A stretch of DNA of 64,000 nucleotides from an uncultured Acidobacteriaceae bacterium. Lineage in GTDB: Bacteria > Acidobacteriota > Terriglobia > Terriglobales > Acidobacteriaceae. The position numbers and the translations under genes are program-made. Numbering within the stretch: the stretch's first letter is position 1; each line of letters starts with the position of its first letter. Below are positions 12,833 to 22,675 of this stretch, piece by piece. Location of the stretch: positions 58,909-122,908 of the forward strand of contig CAWCCU010000002.1 of assembly GCA_963794195.1 (NCBI GenBank), written 5' to 3'. The notes under the pieces are model-generated. The model saw only the letters and a program-made list of their open reading frames with translations. It had not been told where the DNA came from and did not search any database.

Positions 12833-13249
12833 TTACGCCGCGCGTCCCATCACCGGCTGGGTGCAGAAGCCGCAGCGCTTGGCGTCGATAGGAATCTCGC
12901 TCAGGCATTCCGGACACTTCTTGGTGGTCGGATCGGCCGGCACCGGAGACTTCTTCACACGGGCCATCAGCGCATTGAGCGGCGTGATCACGAAGAAATA
13001 CACGGCTGCCGCAATCAACAGAAAAGACACGACCGCGTTGATGAAATGACCCAAGGGGAATAGGGTGCCGTGCACGGTGAAGTTAATCGAAGAGAAGTCC
13101 GGCTTGCCAACGATCGCGCCGATCAAGGGCGTCAGCAGGTCCGTGGTGAGGGCAGTGACTACGCCTCCGAAAGCCGCGCCGATTACCACGCCGACTGCCA
13201 AATCCACGACGTTGCCACGAAGAATGAATTGCTTGAATCCGCTCAGCAT
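12833..13249 (-). CDS. mscL: large-conductance mechanosensitive channel MscL with C-terminal CxxC...CxxC tail
   Basis: 138 aa starting MLSGFKQFILRGNVVDLAVGVVIGAAFGGVV, the canonical MscL TM1. The tail is KKCPECLSEIPIDAKRCGFCTQP. Confidence 0.92.
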   Translation of the reverse strand: MLSGFKQFILRGNVVDLAVGVVIGAAFGGVVTALTTDLLTPLIGAIVGKPDFSSINFTVHGTLFPLGHFINAVVSFLLIAAAVYFFVITPLNALMARVKKSPVPADPTTKKCPECLSEIPIDAKRCGFCTQPVMGRAA

Positions 13250-13565
13250 AGAAGGCCTCCCGAAAGTAGTGGAAAGGGTAACGCCCGCCTAAACAATCGT
13301 CAACCGTGAATTGGGAATGGCTACCTGGACCTGTTCCGCGCTGACACCTGTCTTTGCTTGCCCAATGTTGGAGTCCAGTCAGTTTCGGAGCGATCGAATC
13401 ACGCGGGCGAGGGGCGTCCGAGCCACACTAGGTGAGTTGTGGTTACTCTCCGTTACTTTTGTGTGAACTCAGGATCTTCGCAAGTTCCCCAATCACTCGC
13501 GTTCTTCTCACAGGAACGAAAAGACACTCTCTCCCTCTTCTCGTCCAGAACAGGGGAACCCATTT

Positions 13566-15062
13566 ATGAAATTAAAAAGCTTGCTGTTGATGGTGGTGTG
13601 TTTGTGCGGGTTGGGCGTGGCGCAGGAGAAGACCACCACTGACACCAACCATCCTCCGGCTTTGACCATTTACAACCAAAACTTTTTCGTGGCGCGGGAA
13701 TATTTGCCACTCGATCTTTCGCCGGGAATCAACCATGTGCAATACGCGGGAATCGCGGCGCATCTGGAGCCGGATTCAGTCATGCTGCGCGACCCTGGCG
13801 GGCGGTCGCTGCAGATCCTGGAGCAAAATTATCGCAACGACCCTATTTCTCAGGAGCTGTTGCTGTCTTTTTACGAAGGCAAGACGATTGATTTCCAAAT
13901 TCAGCCAGGCCAACTTGTTAAAGGCAAAATCATTCGCAGCGGATATGTTCCCAGTTCGTCGTACGTACAGGGTTATCCGCAACCGGGTTATGGCCAGCCG
14001 ATTATTGAAATCGATGGCATTTTACGTTTCGGTCTGCCCGGACTGCCAATGTTCCCGGCGTTGACTGAAGATTCCATCCTGAAGCCGACTTTGAATTGGG
14101 CTTTGCAGACCAACTCGCCGGGAAAGTTCGGCGCAGAAATCTCCTACGTCAGCGGCGGCATGAGCTGGCAGGCGGACTACAACCTGGTGGTCTCCGATAA
14201 TCCGAACAGCAAATCCGATTTGCTCGACATGATCGGCTGGATCACCATGCATAACCAGAGCGGCAAGACATTCGAAAACGCGAACATCAAATTGATGGCC
14301 GGGGATGTGAATAAAATTGAGCCTGCCAACATGGCGGGCCAGGCCTATGCGGCCATGAAATCCATGGCGAGGGATGAAGCCATGGCGCCCGTTGTCTCCG
14401 AAAAATCATTTGACGAATTTCACTTGTACACGCTGGACCGTCCGGCAACTCTGCACGATCAAGAAACCAAACAAGTCGAATTTGTGCAAGCGATGGCGAT
14501 CCATGCGCAACGGATTTATGTCTACGATGGTGCACAAGTCAATCAGTACGGTTACTACAATCCCGAGCAAATCCGGCAGGATGCCAATTACGGTACGCTC
14601 TCAAATTCCAAAGTGCGGGTGATGGAAGAATTCAAAAACGCCGATACCAATCATCTTGGCATTGCGTTGCCCAGGGGCAAGCTACGTTTTTACCGGCGGG
14701 ACACCGACGGACACCTGGAATTCATTGGCGAAAATATGATCGACCATACTCCCAAGGATGAAACGATCCGCGTCTCCACCGGCAACGCGTTTGATGTGGT
14801 GGGGGAACGCAAGCGCACCAACTATCAGGTCGACAACAAGCAGCGCTGGATCGAGGAGTCGTTCGAGATCCACGTGCGCAACCACAAGACCGAGGCGGTG
14901 AATGTGCGCGTGGTGGAACACCTATACCGCTGTGCGAACTGGAAGCTGACCGAGCAATCGGAAGAATCCCGCAAGATGGATGCGCAGACGGCGGAGTTTC
15001 GCGTGAGTGTGCCCCCGGATGGCGAGCAGGTCGTAACCTATACGGTGCACTATTCGTGGTAG
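13566..15062 (+). CDS. DUF4139-family secreted protein (family assignment from memory)
   Basis: 498 aa with a signal peptide MKLKSLLLMVVCLCGLGVAQ. The N-terminal LTIYNQNFFVAREYLPLDLSPGINHVQYAGIAAHLEPDSVMLRD and the C-terminal beta-rich part resemble DUF4140/DUF4139 proteins. Confidence 0.6.
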   Translation: MKLKSLLLMVVCLCGLGVAQEKTTTDTNHPPALTIYNQNFFVAREYLPLDLSPGINHVQYAGIAAHLEPDSVMLRDPGGRSLQILEQNYRNDPISQELLLSFYEGKTIDFQIQPGQLVKGKIIRSGYVPSSSYVQGYPQPGYGQPIIEIDGILRFGLPGLPMFPALTEDSILKPTLNWALQTNSPGKFGAEISYVSGGMSWQADYNLVVSDNPNSKSDLLDMIGWITMHNQSGKTFENANIKLMAGDVNKIEPANMAGQAYAAMKSMARDEAMAPVVSEKSFDEFHLYTLDRPATLHDQETKQVEFVQAMAIHAQRIYVYDGAQVNQYGYYNPEQIRQDANYGTLSNSKVRVMEEFKNADTNHLGIALPRGKLRFYRRDTDGHLEFIGENMIDHTPKDETIRVSTGNAFDVVGERKRTNYQVDNKQRWIEESFEIHVRNHKTEAVNVRVVEHLYRCANWKLTEQSEESRKMDAQTAEFRVSVPPDGEQVVTYTVHYSW

Positions 15063-15078
15063 GGCCAAGACCGGACAT

Positions 15079-15147
15079 TTTAGATTGGAGATTCTAGATT
15101 GCAGATTGGACTTCAAAATCTACAATCGGAAATCACAAATTTGAGAT
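15079..15147. repeat. word-repeat element (TAGATT/AGATTG words)
   Basis: TTTAGATTGGAGATTCTAGATTGCAGATTGGACTTCAAAATCTACAATCGGAAATCACAAATTTGAGAT, with partially inverted halves. Related words occur at 19126-19160, 27531-27551 and 40733-40750. Confidence 0.65.
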
Positions 15148-15257
15148 GGGTGTGGGGTCCCTTCGGCTTCGCTCAGGGCAGGCTCGTCGACTCGGTGAGT
15201 GCTTCGCTACGCGAAACACTCGCTGCGCTCAGGATGATAAGGGTTTTAGTGGTGGGA

Positions 15258-16229
15258 TTACCCTTGGTATTTAACTTCCCGATACACTCGGGCAAACACC
15301 AGGCACAACAGCGGAATGAGCAAGAACAACAACACGCTGCCTTCGGGACCGGCTGATCCACCGGTCAGCCAGGCCTGACCGTGAAAAGAAGATTTCAATA
15401 AATGGCCTGGAGTTATCCTGCCGCTGTCGGGGACGGAGTAAAGATAGCTTTCTCCCCAATCCCAGGCTGCGTGGAAGCCGACGGCAAACCAGAGACTGCC
15501 AGTGCGGCGAAGGGTCAGGCAAAAGAAGAAGCCAATTAAGACGACGCCTACAATGCCGGTCCAATTCTCTCCCGCATTGCCGAGATGGAGAGCGCCGAAT
15601 CCCAAAGAAAATAAGATTGCAGCCGGCCAGAAGCCTACTATTTGAGTCAGAGTGAATTGAGTGTAGCCGCGGACCAGGAATTCTTCGTAAAAGCCGACCA
15701 GAAGAAAAAACACTCCCCAAAAAGCCGCAAACTTCAGGATGCGCCATCCATGCAACGAGAATGTTCCGAAATCAAAACCCCGCGCTCCATGCAATCCGAT
15801 CATGAGCAAAGTGATGGCGGCCATTCCCCACAATATGCCGGTCCAAAATAGTTTCCCGAAGGCTTCCTGTCGGGGCAAACCGTAGCAATCGAAAGGTCGT
15901 TCTTCGAGGATTCGCAGAACCAGCGCCGGCGCTATGGCGACTGGCACCAATCCCGCCTGGGCAAACAGTTCAATCCAGAGCCCGTGCACGCCGAACTGGA
16001 TTGCATAGTGAGTCAGAACCCCAAGCAACAGATAAAGCCCGCGCCACATGGCCACATACAAGAGTAGGCGCCATCCCGCTCGCAGGCCGTCGGGACCGAT
16101 GAGCCAGCGGTGCATGCGTTCATCGAACGGCGACAGAGTGCCACTGCCGTGTTCGGAACGAAGAGTTGGCAGAGGGTCATCCCCCTGCCCGACTAGAAGC
16201 GATGTGGATTCATCGGTCATGGCTATCAT
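15258..16229 (-). CDS. CPBP (CAAX) family intramembrane metalloprotease
   Basis: 323 aa and polytopic, with the motifs EEFLVRGY, FGALHLGN and HAAWDW characteristic of the CPBP/Abi family. Confidence 0.8.
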   Translation of the reverse strand: MIAMTDESTSLLVGQGDDPLPTLRSEHGSGTLSPFDERMHRWLIGPDGLRAGWRLLLYVAMWRGLYLLLGVLTHYAIQFGVHGLWIELFAQAGLVPVAIAPALVLRILEERPFDCYGLPRQEAFGKLFWTGILWGMAAITLLMIGLHGARGFDFGTFSLHGWRILKFAAFWGVFFLLVGFYEEFLVRGYTQFTLTQIVGFWPAAILFSLGFGALHLGNAGENWTGIVGVVLIGFFFCLTLRRTGSLWFAVGFHAAWDWGESYLYSVPDSGRITPGHLLKSSFHGQAWLTGGSAGPEGSVLLFLLIPLLCLVFARVYREVKYQG

Positions 16230-16296
16230 TTGCTTCGTTCACCAGTGCGTCCATTTCCGAATCGTCCCCGGACATGGTAAAACACGCTTTCCTCTC

Positions 16297-17532
16297 ATGG
16301 GCCAATTTTTTACTCACGAACGCTATGGACGCCCCCAGTTTTTAGCCGCGATTCTTCTGCTCCTGTTCCTGGCGCAATGCGTTTGGCTGATTGCGCGCGA
16401 GGGAGAGCAGCTCGAAGTCCGGCCGGCTGAGCTTTTCCGGGTGCAGGAGGGCATGGCGCAGTGGCAAGGCTTGTCGATTGCGGGGATTCCTTCAGCAGCG
16501 CGGGCCGAGGCCGGCACCATGGCCCCGCCGGAATTGGAAAGCAATAACGACTACGATCCCAACCATTCGCCGCTCTGGTATCTAGTATCCTCGGGCCCAC
16601 TGTTAGGTTGGCAAACTTCCTCGCAAGCCAACGCGCTGCGTCTGTGGATATGGCTACAGCGCGCACCGTATCTGATGTTCGGAGTGTTGCTGGGGGCGTC
16701 ATTGTGGTACGTCTCACGACGTCTCTATGGAAATGCCGGGGGCTACATCGCGCTGGCTCTTTACTGCTTTTCGCCGGCGATGATTTATAGCAGCACGCTT
16801 TGGATGGTGCCGCCGGAGATGGGCGCCGCCTGGGGATCATTCGGCGCTGTCTTCACGGCGATTGCGGTGGCACACACGCTGTATGCTCCGCGTGAAGTCG
16901 TGCTGTGGAACTGGCGAAGAATTTTGCTGCTCGGGCTCTCGCTCGCCCTGGCCATCGGATCGCAGTTCTCGCTGATCATTTTGCTTCCACTCGGGCTCGG
17001 GTTCATGTTGTATCTTGCGCCTGCGCGGCGAATGGCCGCCCTGGCGATATGGGCGTCGGCATGCGTGGTCGCTATGGTGCTTCTCTATGCCTCGTATTTT
17101 TTTCATCCCGGTATTTTCTGGCAGAGCATGCGCCACGCGAGTTTCTTTGCGATGAGCTGGAAGGCGTTTGGAATGTCCCACGCGTACAAACAGATTCTTT
17201 ATCACCTGGGGCATAGCAGTCCGGCGCTTTTGTTGGCGTTTCCCGCGGCCCTGATTGCGTTTTTTATGATGCGTCGAGCGCGTTATTTTGGAAATATTGC
17301 ACCTCTGCTCATCGCGTTGCTGTTCGTCGCTTTAGGTTTCGGCTCACCGCACTATCCCGGTTTGGGGTTTTGGCTGATGGCCGCGCCTTTTCTGTTTGTG
17401 TTCGTGGCCGGGGTTTCCGCCGATCTGCTGGAAACCCGGCAGCGCGTTTTCGTCCAGGCTGCGATTTGGGGTCTGCTGATCTCTAACGCGCTTTGGAATT
17501 TGGCAGAATTGACGCACTTTGGACGGGGATGA
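16297..17532 (+). CDS. polytopic membrane protein, GT-C/ArnT-like (putative glycosyltransferase)
   Basis: Start taken at ATG 16297 (MGQFFTHERYGRPQFLAAILLLLFLAQ). The longer ORF from 16048 would overlap the divergent CPBP gene. It has 10 or more hydrophobic helices. The family call is tentative. Confidence 0.5.
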   Translation: MGQFFTHERYGRPQFLAAILLLLFLAQCVWLIAREGEQLEVRPAELFRVQEGMAQWQGLSIAGIPSAARAEAGTMAPPELESNNDYDPNHSPLWYLVSSGPLLGWQTSSQANALRLWIWLQRAPYLMFGVLLGASLWYVSRRLYGNAGGYIALALYCFSPAMIYSSTLWMVPPEMGAAWGSFGAVFTAIAVAHTLYAPREVVLWNWRRILLLGLSLALAIGSQFSLIILLPLGLGFMLYLAPARRMAALAIWASACVVAMVLLYASYFFHPGIFWQSMRHASFFAMSWKAFGMSHAYKQILYHLGHSSPALLLAFPAALIAFFMMRRARYFGNIAPLLIALLFVALGFGSPHYPGLGFWLMAAPFLFVFVAGVSADLLETRQRVFVQAAIWGLLISNALWNLAELTHFGRG

Positions 17533-17702
17533 GAGAACAAGTGCGAGGTCCCGGCAAGTGGCATCCAGGCTGTGATTGCAAGGGTTTAGCTGTTCGTAAA
17601 ATTCTGTCAACAACCCGCGTGAGCTTCCGGCAAATTTAACGCAACCCCAGCCGCTCCGGCACGTTCTAATAAGCAGGGTAATTGCCTGAAAGAGAGCGGG
17701 CC

Positions 17703-18458
17703 ATGACTTCGAAACAAGAGTATGATTTCTTCGTGCAACGACTGAATCCAGCCACGGTAGCGGTTCTTGCGCTGGCCCTGTGGGTGCCGGCGGCGTTGGC
17801 GCAGGCGAACGGCGTGCCCGCTTCGGTGACGTCAACCGCTTTTGGCGGATCGACCGGAGCACGAGGAACACCGGCCAGCGTGACCTCGACCGGATTTGGT
17901 GCGGCAGGCCGCTCGGCGCCAATGCCTCCCAGCGTAACTTCGCAAGGTTTTTCGCGTGGCAATCCAGGGTTTACTGCGCGTTCGACCCCTACCAATCACG
18001 AGCATCGCGATGGCAACCACCATCCTCGGGGAGGCGGCGTTTACGCAGTCCCTTATTACTATCCGTACGCCTATGACCCAGGCGAGCCTTACGCGTCCGA
18101 TGACTCAGCCGACGATGAACAGTACCAGGGTGGTCCCACGATTTTCGATCGGCGCGGGCCCGGAACCAGCCGTGTCGCCGAGGACCGCTATGTTGACGAA
18201 AGCCCGACACAAAATCGACCGGTTGCACAAGTGGAGAACGAACCGATTTCCAGTCAGCCCGACACCGTATTGATCTTCAAGGATGGACATCAAGTCGAGG
18301 TTTCGAACTATGCCATCGTGGGCATGACACTCTTCGACCTCAGTGCAGGACATCACCAAAAAATTCCGCTGTCGGAATTAAATCTGACTGCGACCGCTAA
18401 AGAAAACGACGATCGCGGGATCGACTTCCAGCTTCCCGCTGGGGCGCAAGTGAACTAG
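17703..18458 (+). CDS. secreted repeat protein, paralog 1 (shared C-terminal module of unknown function)
   Basis: Signal-like ...ATVAVLALALWVPAALAQA. It carries three copies of P(A/P)SVTS-x-GF, a Tyr/Pro-rich segment YAVPYYYPYAYDPGEPY, and the C-terminal VLIFKDGHQVEVSNYAIVG...IPLSELNLTATAKENDDRGIDFQLPAG. Confidence 0.65.
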   Translation: MTSKQEYDFFVQRLNPATVAVLALALWVPAALAQANGVPASVTSTAFGGSTGARGTPASVTSTGFGAAGRSAPMPPSVTSQGFSRGNPGFTARSTPTNHEHRDGNHHPRGGGVYAVPYYYPYAYDPGEPYASDDSADDEQYQGGPTIFDRRGPGTSRVAEDRYVDESPTQNRPVAQVENEPISSQPDTVLIFKDGHQVEVSNYAIVGMTLFDLSAGHHQKIPLSELNLTATAKENDDRGIDFQLPAGAQVN

Positions 18459-18460
18459 CA

Positions 18461-19123
18461 ATGGTGAAACGGTTGACGCTCGCGCTCCTGGTGTTCACGG
18501 TCACGATGCCCGGAGCAATGGCGCAGATGCGCGGTTTCAGCGGACCCGTTCGTCTTGGTCCCGGTTTCGGACGCGGTGTTACGTTCGCGGCGCGGAACCG
18601 TCCATTAGGCAGTCGCGGTTTCTATCTGGGCGACACTCCTTTTTATTACACCGACTATCCCTTCCAGCAATTCGCAGCTGAACCCGCATCGCCTCAGGTT
18701 TTGGTCATGCGGTCCCCGGCTGACACGCCGCAAGAATCGAAATCCGAGCCGTTGCTGATCGAGCTTCGAGGCGACCGCTATGTTCGTTTCGGGGGTGTGC
18801 AGAAACCCGCGCGAGGGACCAATGCGCTGCCGGACTACGCTGAAGAGCTGCCGACGAAATCTTCAGCGCGGGCCGTTTCAAAGACGACTGAATTGCCGCC
18901 GGCAGTGCTGGTTTATCGCGACGGGCATCAAGAAGAAGTGTCGGATTACGCAATCGTTGGGACAGTTATGTACGTTCGCGGTGATTTTTGGCAGAACGGA
19001 TATTGGACGAAAAATATTCAGCTATCCGCGCTGAACATTCCTGCAACCATGAAGACTAATCAGGATAACGGCGTAAAGTTCGTGCTGCCCGCGGGGCCGA
19101 ATGAAGTAGTGACAAGGCCGTAA
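18461..19123 (+). CDS. secreted protein, paralog 2 (same C-terminal module)
   Basis: Starts 2 nt after paralog 1 stops. Signal MVKRLTLALLVFTVTMPGAMAQ. The C-terminal VLVYRDGHQEEVSDYAIVG...IQLSALNIPATMKTNQDNGVKFVLPAG aligns with paralog 1. Confidence 0.65.
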   Translation: MVKRLTLALLVFTVTMPGAMAQMRGFSGPVRLGPGFGRGVTFAARNRPLGSRGFYLGDTPFYYTDYPFQQFAAEPASPQVLVMRSPADTPQESKSEPLLIELRGDRYVRFGGVQKPARGTNALPDYAEELPTKSSARAVSKTTELPPAVLVYRDGHQEEVSDYAIVGTVMYVRGDFWQNGYWTKNIQLSALNIPATMKTNQDNGVKFVLPAGPNEVVTRP

Positions 19124-19125
19124 AC

Positions 19126-19160
19126 GAGATTTCAGATTTTTGATTGTAGATTTCAGATGG
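19126..19160. repeat. word-repeat element (AGATTTC words)
   Basis: GAGATTTCAGATTTTTGATTGTAGATTTCAGATGG, directly after the paralog 2 stop. Confidence 0.6.
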
Positions 19161-19190
19161 AAAACCTAACCAGCCCAGCGGTTAATCTCT

Positions 19191-19346
19191 GTCATCCTGA
19201 GCGCAGCATGATCGTTCGCGACAGCGAATGATGATGCGGAGTCGAAGGACCCCTACGATCTTGTCCACTCCTTCTGATGTTGGGATTCCGCCGCCCGGAA
19301 GGAAAAGCGGATTCCTCCTTTCGCTCCGCCACGCATCGGAATGACA
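19191..19346. repeat. composite family A + family B element with inverted termini
   Basis: 19191-19253 reads GTCATCCTGAGCGCAGCATG...GGAGTCGAAGGACCCC. 19309-19346 reads GGATTCCTCCTTTCGCTCCGCCACGCATCGGAATGACA. The outer ends TGTCATCC / GGAATGACA are inverted. Confidence 0.7.
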
Positions 19347-19358
19347 AGATAAAGAAGT

Positions 19359-19773
19359 TTAAACCGCAACCTTCGCCCGTTTGGGAGCCGTCCGCCGTAG
19401 GTCCTGCCACTGAAGCACGATGTCCGCCGCGAGAATTGAGAACGCCAGGCAACTCCATACAATGGTCTCGATGGCAGGGCTACCGAGCTTCTCCCATCCG
19501 GTCACTCCGGCGACTACCCGCACTTCGACAAAGACCAAAGCCACCGCAAAGCTGCGAGTCATCCATTGCCGGTGTTGCTGGACCTTTCCCTGGAGAATGA
19601 ATGCCAGGGCGATGCCAGTGGTGATCATCAACAAACCCGCATCGACCGCTGTAGCGACACTGAACGAACGCGGCTCTCCCATGATCGGGATGCACCAGAA
19701 AACTTTCATTGTGTTCAACGACGTAAGCCACCATCAATCCGATGAAGGCGAAAAGAAGATATTTCGAGCGCAT
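19359..19773 (-). pseudogene. remnant of a small membrane protein gene (possibly DUF2306-like)
   Basis: The N-terminal 31 codons (MRSKYLLFAFIGLMVAYVVEHNESFLVHPDH, ORF 19480-19773) are out of frame with a C-terminal part (…GLLMITTGIALAFILQGKVQQHRQWMTRSFAVALVFVEVRVV…, ORF 19359-19718). The middle of the expected protein appears to be missing. Family assignment is from memory. Confidence 0.3.
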
Positions 19774-19929
19774 CCAGGAACTGTGCTGAAGTGGTGGTGC
19801 GGTTACGGTTGCCAGAGGTCACCTCAATCTGCGTAAAAGCGTGGCGGCAATATACAAGACAAGCGCCAAAACGTACCGAATTTGTTATCTAACTGGTTGC
19901 AATCGCTGCTCCCTGAAGAGCCTTTTCCG

Positions 19930-19938
19930 TGGTATAAT
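19930..19938 (+). promoter_or_regulatory. extended -10 promoter element upstream of gyrA
   Basis: TGGTATAAT (TGnTATAAT) lies about 95 nt upstream of the gyrA ATG. I see no convincing -35 at 17 nt. Confidence 0.4.
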
Positions 19939-20034
19939 TTGACTACTTAAAAGCACACCTAACATCCTGTAAATGCAATTGTTTAGAGGGTTTCGCGAAG
20001 ACCCGAAACCTGAAAGCTGCGGAATGGAAACCCT

Positions 20035-22662
20035 ATGGCTGACGATCAAAATCCAGAACTTCCTTTGACTCCTCCACCTCCCGGCGAGGGCGGCAATCCT
20101 GGCGCCCTAAACATTCAGCCGGTGAACATTGAAGAGGAGATGAAGCGGTCGTATCTCGACTATTCCATGTCGGTGATTATTGGCCGCGCGCTGCCCGACG
20201 TGCGTGATGGACTCAAGCCTGTCCACCGCCGAATTCTTTACACCATGCAGCAGATGGGCCTCGCCTACAACAAGTCCACGCGCAAATGCGCCAGGATTGT
20301 TGGAGAGGTGATGGGCAAATACCATCCCCACGGAAACCTTGCAGTGTACGACGCGTTGGTGCGTCTCGCGCAACCGTTCGCGCTCCGCTATCCGCTGGTT
20401 GATGGACAAGGCAACTTCGGTTCGGTCGATGGCGATCCGCCGGCAGCAGATCGTTACACGGAAGCCCGCCTCACCCGCGTCGCCGGATCGTTACTCGATG
20501 ATCTCGACAAAGACACAGTTGATTTCCGCCCGAACTATGACGGCAACGAAATCGAGCCGGACGTTCTTCCCACGCGCATTCCGAATTTGCTGGTGAATGG
20601 ATCGAACGGAATCGCTGTCGGAATGGCGACCAACATCCCGCCACATAATTTGACGGAGATCGTTGATGCGACCATCACGCTCATCAACAATCCCAACGCG
20701 CAGTTGCCGGAAATTCTGAAAATTGTAAAAGGCCCGGATTTCCCGACTGCCGGCATCATTCACGGCAAAGCTGGAATCTTCGAAGCCTACCGCACCGGAC
20801 GCGGCCGCTTCATGATGCGCGCCAAAGCCGGCATTGAAACTTTCAACAAAGATCGCCAGGCGATCGTCGTCACCGAAATTCCTTATCAGGTCAACAAGGC
20901 GCGGCTGATCGAACGCATTGCCGGACTGGTAAACGACAAAGTTATCGAAGACATTTCTGACATTCGCGACGAAAGCGATCGCGACGGCATGCGCATTGTG
21001 ATTGAACTCAAGCGCAACACCGAGCCGCAGATTGTCTTGAACCAGCTCTACAAGCACACGTCGATGCAGGAAGGTTTCTCGATGATCTTCCTGGCGGTCG
21101 TGAACAATCAGCCCAAGGAAATGGGCCTGATCCAGGCGATCAAACACTTCATCGACCACCGCGTCGATGTGGTGCGCCGCCGCACTTCGTACTTGTTGCA
21201 GAAGGCGAAAGACCGCGAACACATTCTTGAAGGCTATCTCAACGCGCTCGATCATCTCGACAACGTCATCACCATTATTCGCGCCAGCGCGAATCGTGGA
21301 GACGCCCGCGAGAACTTGGTCGCCTACTTCGGCGGCAAAAAAATCGACATCAACGTCACCGGACGCTCTCCGAAACTCGATGCCGACAAGCCTTTCACCG
21401 GCATTCAGGCCGACGCGATCCTCGAACTGCAACTGCATCGCTTAACCAAACTCTCCATCGACGAAATCACCAAAGAGTTGGGACAGGTCCGCGACAACAT
21501 TGCGGAGTACGAATCCATTCTTGGTTCGGAAAAGAAACTTCGCAGCGTGATCATCAAGGAATTGGAAGAAGTAAAAAAACTATTCGGCGACGAACGCCGC
21601 ACCGTGATCGAAGACGAAGCTGCCGAAATCCAGCTCGAAGACCTGATCGCCGACGAGCAAATGGCTGTCACCGTCAGCCATACCGGCTACATGAAGCGCA
21701 CCGCGATCTCGACGTATCGCAACCAGCGCCGCGGCGGACAGGGCCGTACCGGTATGAAGACGCGCGACGAGGATTTCGTTGAGCATCTCTTCATCGCTTC
21801 CACCCACGCTTACATTCTCATTTTCACCAACACCGGACGCGTGTACTGGCTGAAAGTTTATGAAATCCCCGATGTGGGCGCAGCCGGCAAAGGCAAGCAC
21901 GTGGGCAACCTGGTCGGTCTGCAACCTGGAGAAACCGTGCGCACCATGCTGGGCGTGCGCAATCTCGAGGAAGAGAGCCGCTACATTTTCTTTGCCACGC
22001 GCAACGGCACGGTGAAGAAAACCGAACTCAAGGATTTCTGCCACGTACGTTCCATGGGAATCATCGCCATCAGCATCGATAAGGGCGACGAACTCGTGGC
22101 CGCGCGCGTGACCGACGGCGAGCAGATCATCTTCATGGCGTCGCACGACGGCCAGGCGATCCGCTTCGACGAAAACGATGTGCGCTCCATGGGCCGGAAC
22201 GCCGGTGGCGTGCGCGGCATGAAGCTCGATGAAGGCGATTACATCGTCGGCATGGCCAGCACCATCAAGCCGGGCGTGGCCAAAGCCAAAATCGAAGGCG
22301 AAGTGGAAGACGTAGCCAAGAAGGGCTCGCTCATCCTCTCCGTCACCGAAAACGGATACGGCAAACGCACCCCCGCCGAAGACTACCGCCTGCAAGGCCG
22401 CGGCGGCTCCGGCGTCATCAATGTAAAAACCACGGAGCGTAACGGAAAAGTCGTAGGCATCTCGCAAGTCGCCGACGACTCCGAAGTCATGCTCATCAGC
22501 CAATACGGCAAAATCATCCGCATCGAATCAAAACTGATCCGCGAAACGGGAAGGTCTGCACAGGGTGTCCGCCTGCTGAACATCGAGGCGGGAGACCGGG
22601 TGGCAGCGGCAGTGGTGATCCCGCCGGATGAGGCGCCGGCGAATGGTGGGTTGATTCAGTAG
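20035..22662 (+). CDS. gyrA: DNA gyrase subunit A
   Basis: 875 aa and intact. It has [19 protein letters not shown], the QRDR-like [17 protein letters not shown], and a C-terminal beta-pinwheel repeat region. Confidence 0.97.
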   Translation: MADDQNPELPLTPPPPGEGGNPGALNIQPVNIEEEMKRSYLDYSMSVIIGRALPDVRDGLKPVHRRILYTMQQMGLAYNKSTRKCARIVGEVMGKYHPHGNLAVYDALVRLAQPFALRYPLVDGQGNFGSVDGDPPAADRYTEARLTRVAGSLLDDLDKDTVDFRPNYDGNEIEPDVLPTRIPNLLVNGSNGIAVGMATNIPPHNLTEIVDATITLINNPNAQLPEILKIVKGPDFPTAGIIHGKAGIFEAYRTGRGRFMMRAKAGIETFNKDRQAIVVTEIPYQVNKARLIERIAGLVNDKVIEDISDIRDESDRDGMRIVIELKRNTEPQIVLNQLYKHTSMQEGFSMIFLAVVNNQPKEMGLIQAIKHFIDHRVDVVRRRTSYLLQKAKDREHILEGYLNALDHLDNVITIIRASANRGDARENLVAYFGGKKIDINVTGRSPKLDADKPFTGIQADAILELQLHRLTKLSIDEITKELGQVRDNIAEYESILGSEKKLRSVIIKELEEVKKLFGDERRTVIEDEAAEIQLEDLIADEQMAVTVSHTGYMKRTAISTYRNQRRGGQGRTGMKTRDEDFVEHLFIASTHAYILIFTNTGRVYWLKVYEIPDVGAAGKGKHVGNLVGLQPGETVRTMLGVRNLEEESRYIFFATRNGTVKKTELKDFCHVRSMGIIAISIDKGDELVAARVTDGEQIIFMASHDGQAIRFDENDVRSMGRNAGGVRGMKLDEGDYIVGMASTIKPGVAKAKIEGEVEDVAKKGSLILSVTENGYGKRTPAEDYRLQGRGGSGVINVKTTERNGKVVGISQVADDSEVMLISQYGKIIRIESKLIRETGRSAQGVRLLNIEAGDRVAAAVVIPPDEAPANGGLIQ

Positions 22663-22675
22663 AGTTGGTTGCGTG

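Noticed and set aside
16048-16296. 5-prime extension of the GT-C-like gene back to 16048
   Set aside because: It would overlap the divergent CPBP gene by about 180 nt, and the extension translates to Arg/Ser/Pro-rich junk. ATG 16297 precedes the first TM helix.
20491-22503. Long minus-strand ORFs (315 aa at 20491-21438 and 307 aa at 21580-22503) antisense to gyrA
   Set aside because: They are shadow ORFs typical of high-GC coding DNA. Their translations are low-complexity and Arg/Ala/Gly/His-rich with no motifs, while the plus strand encodes an uninterrupted, unmistakable GyrA.
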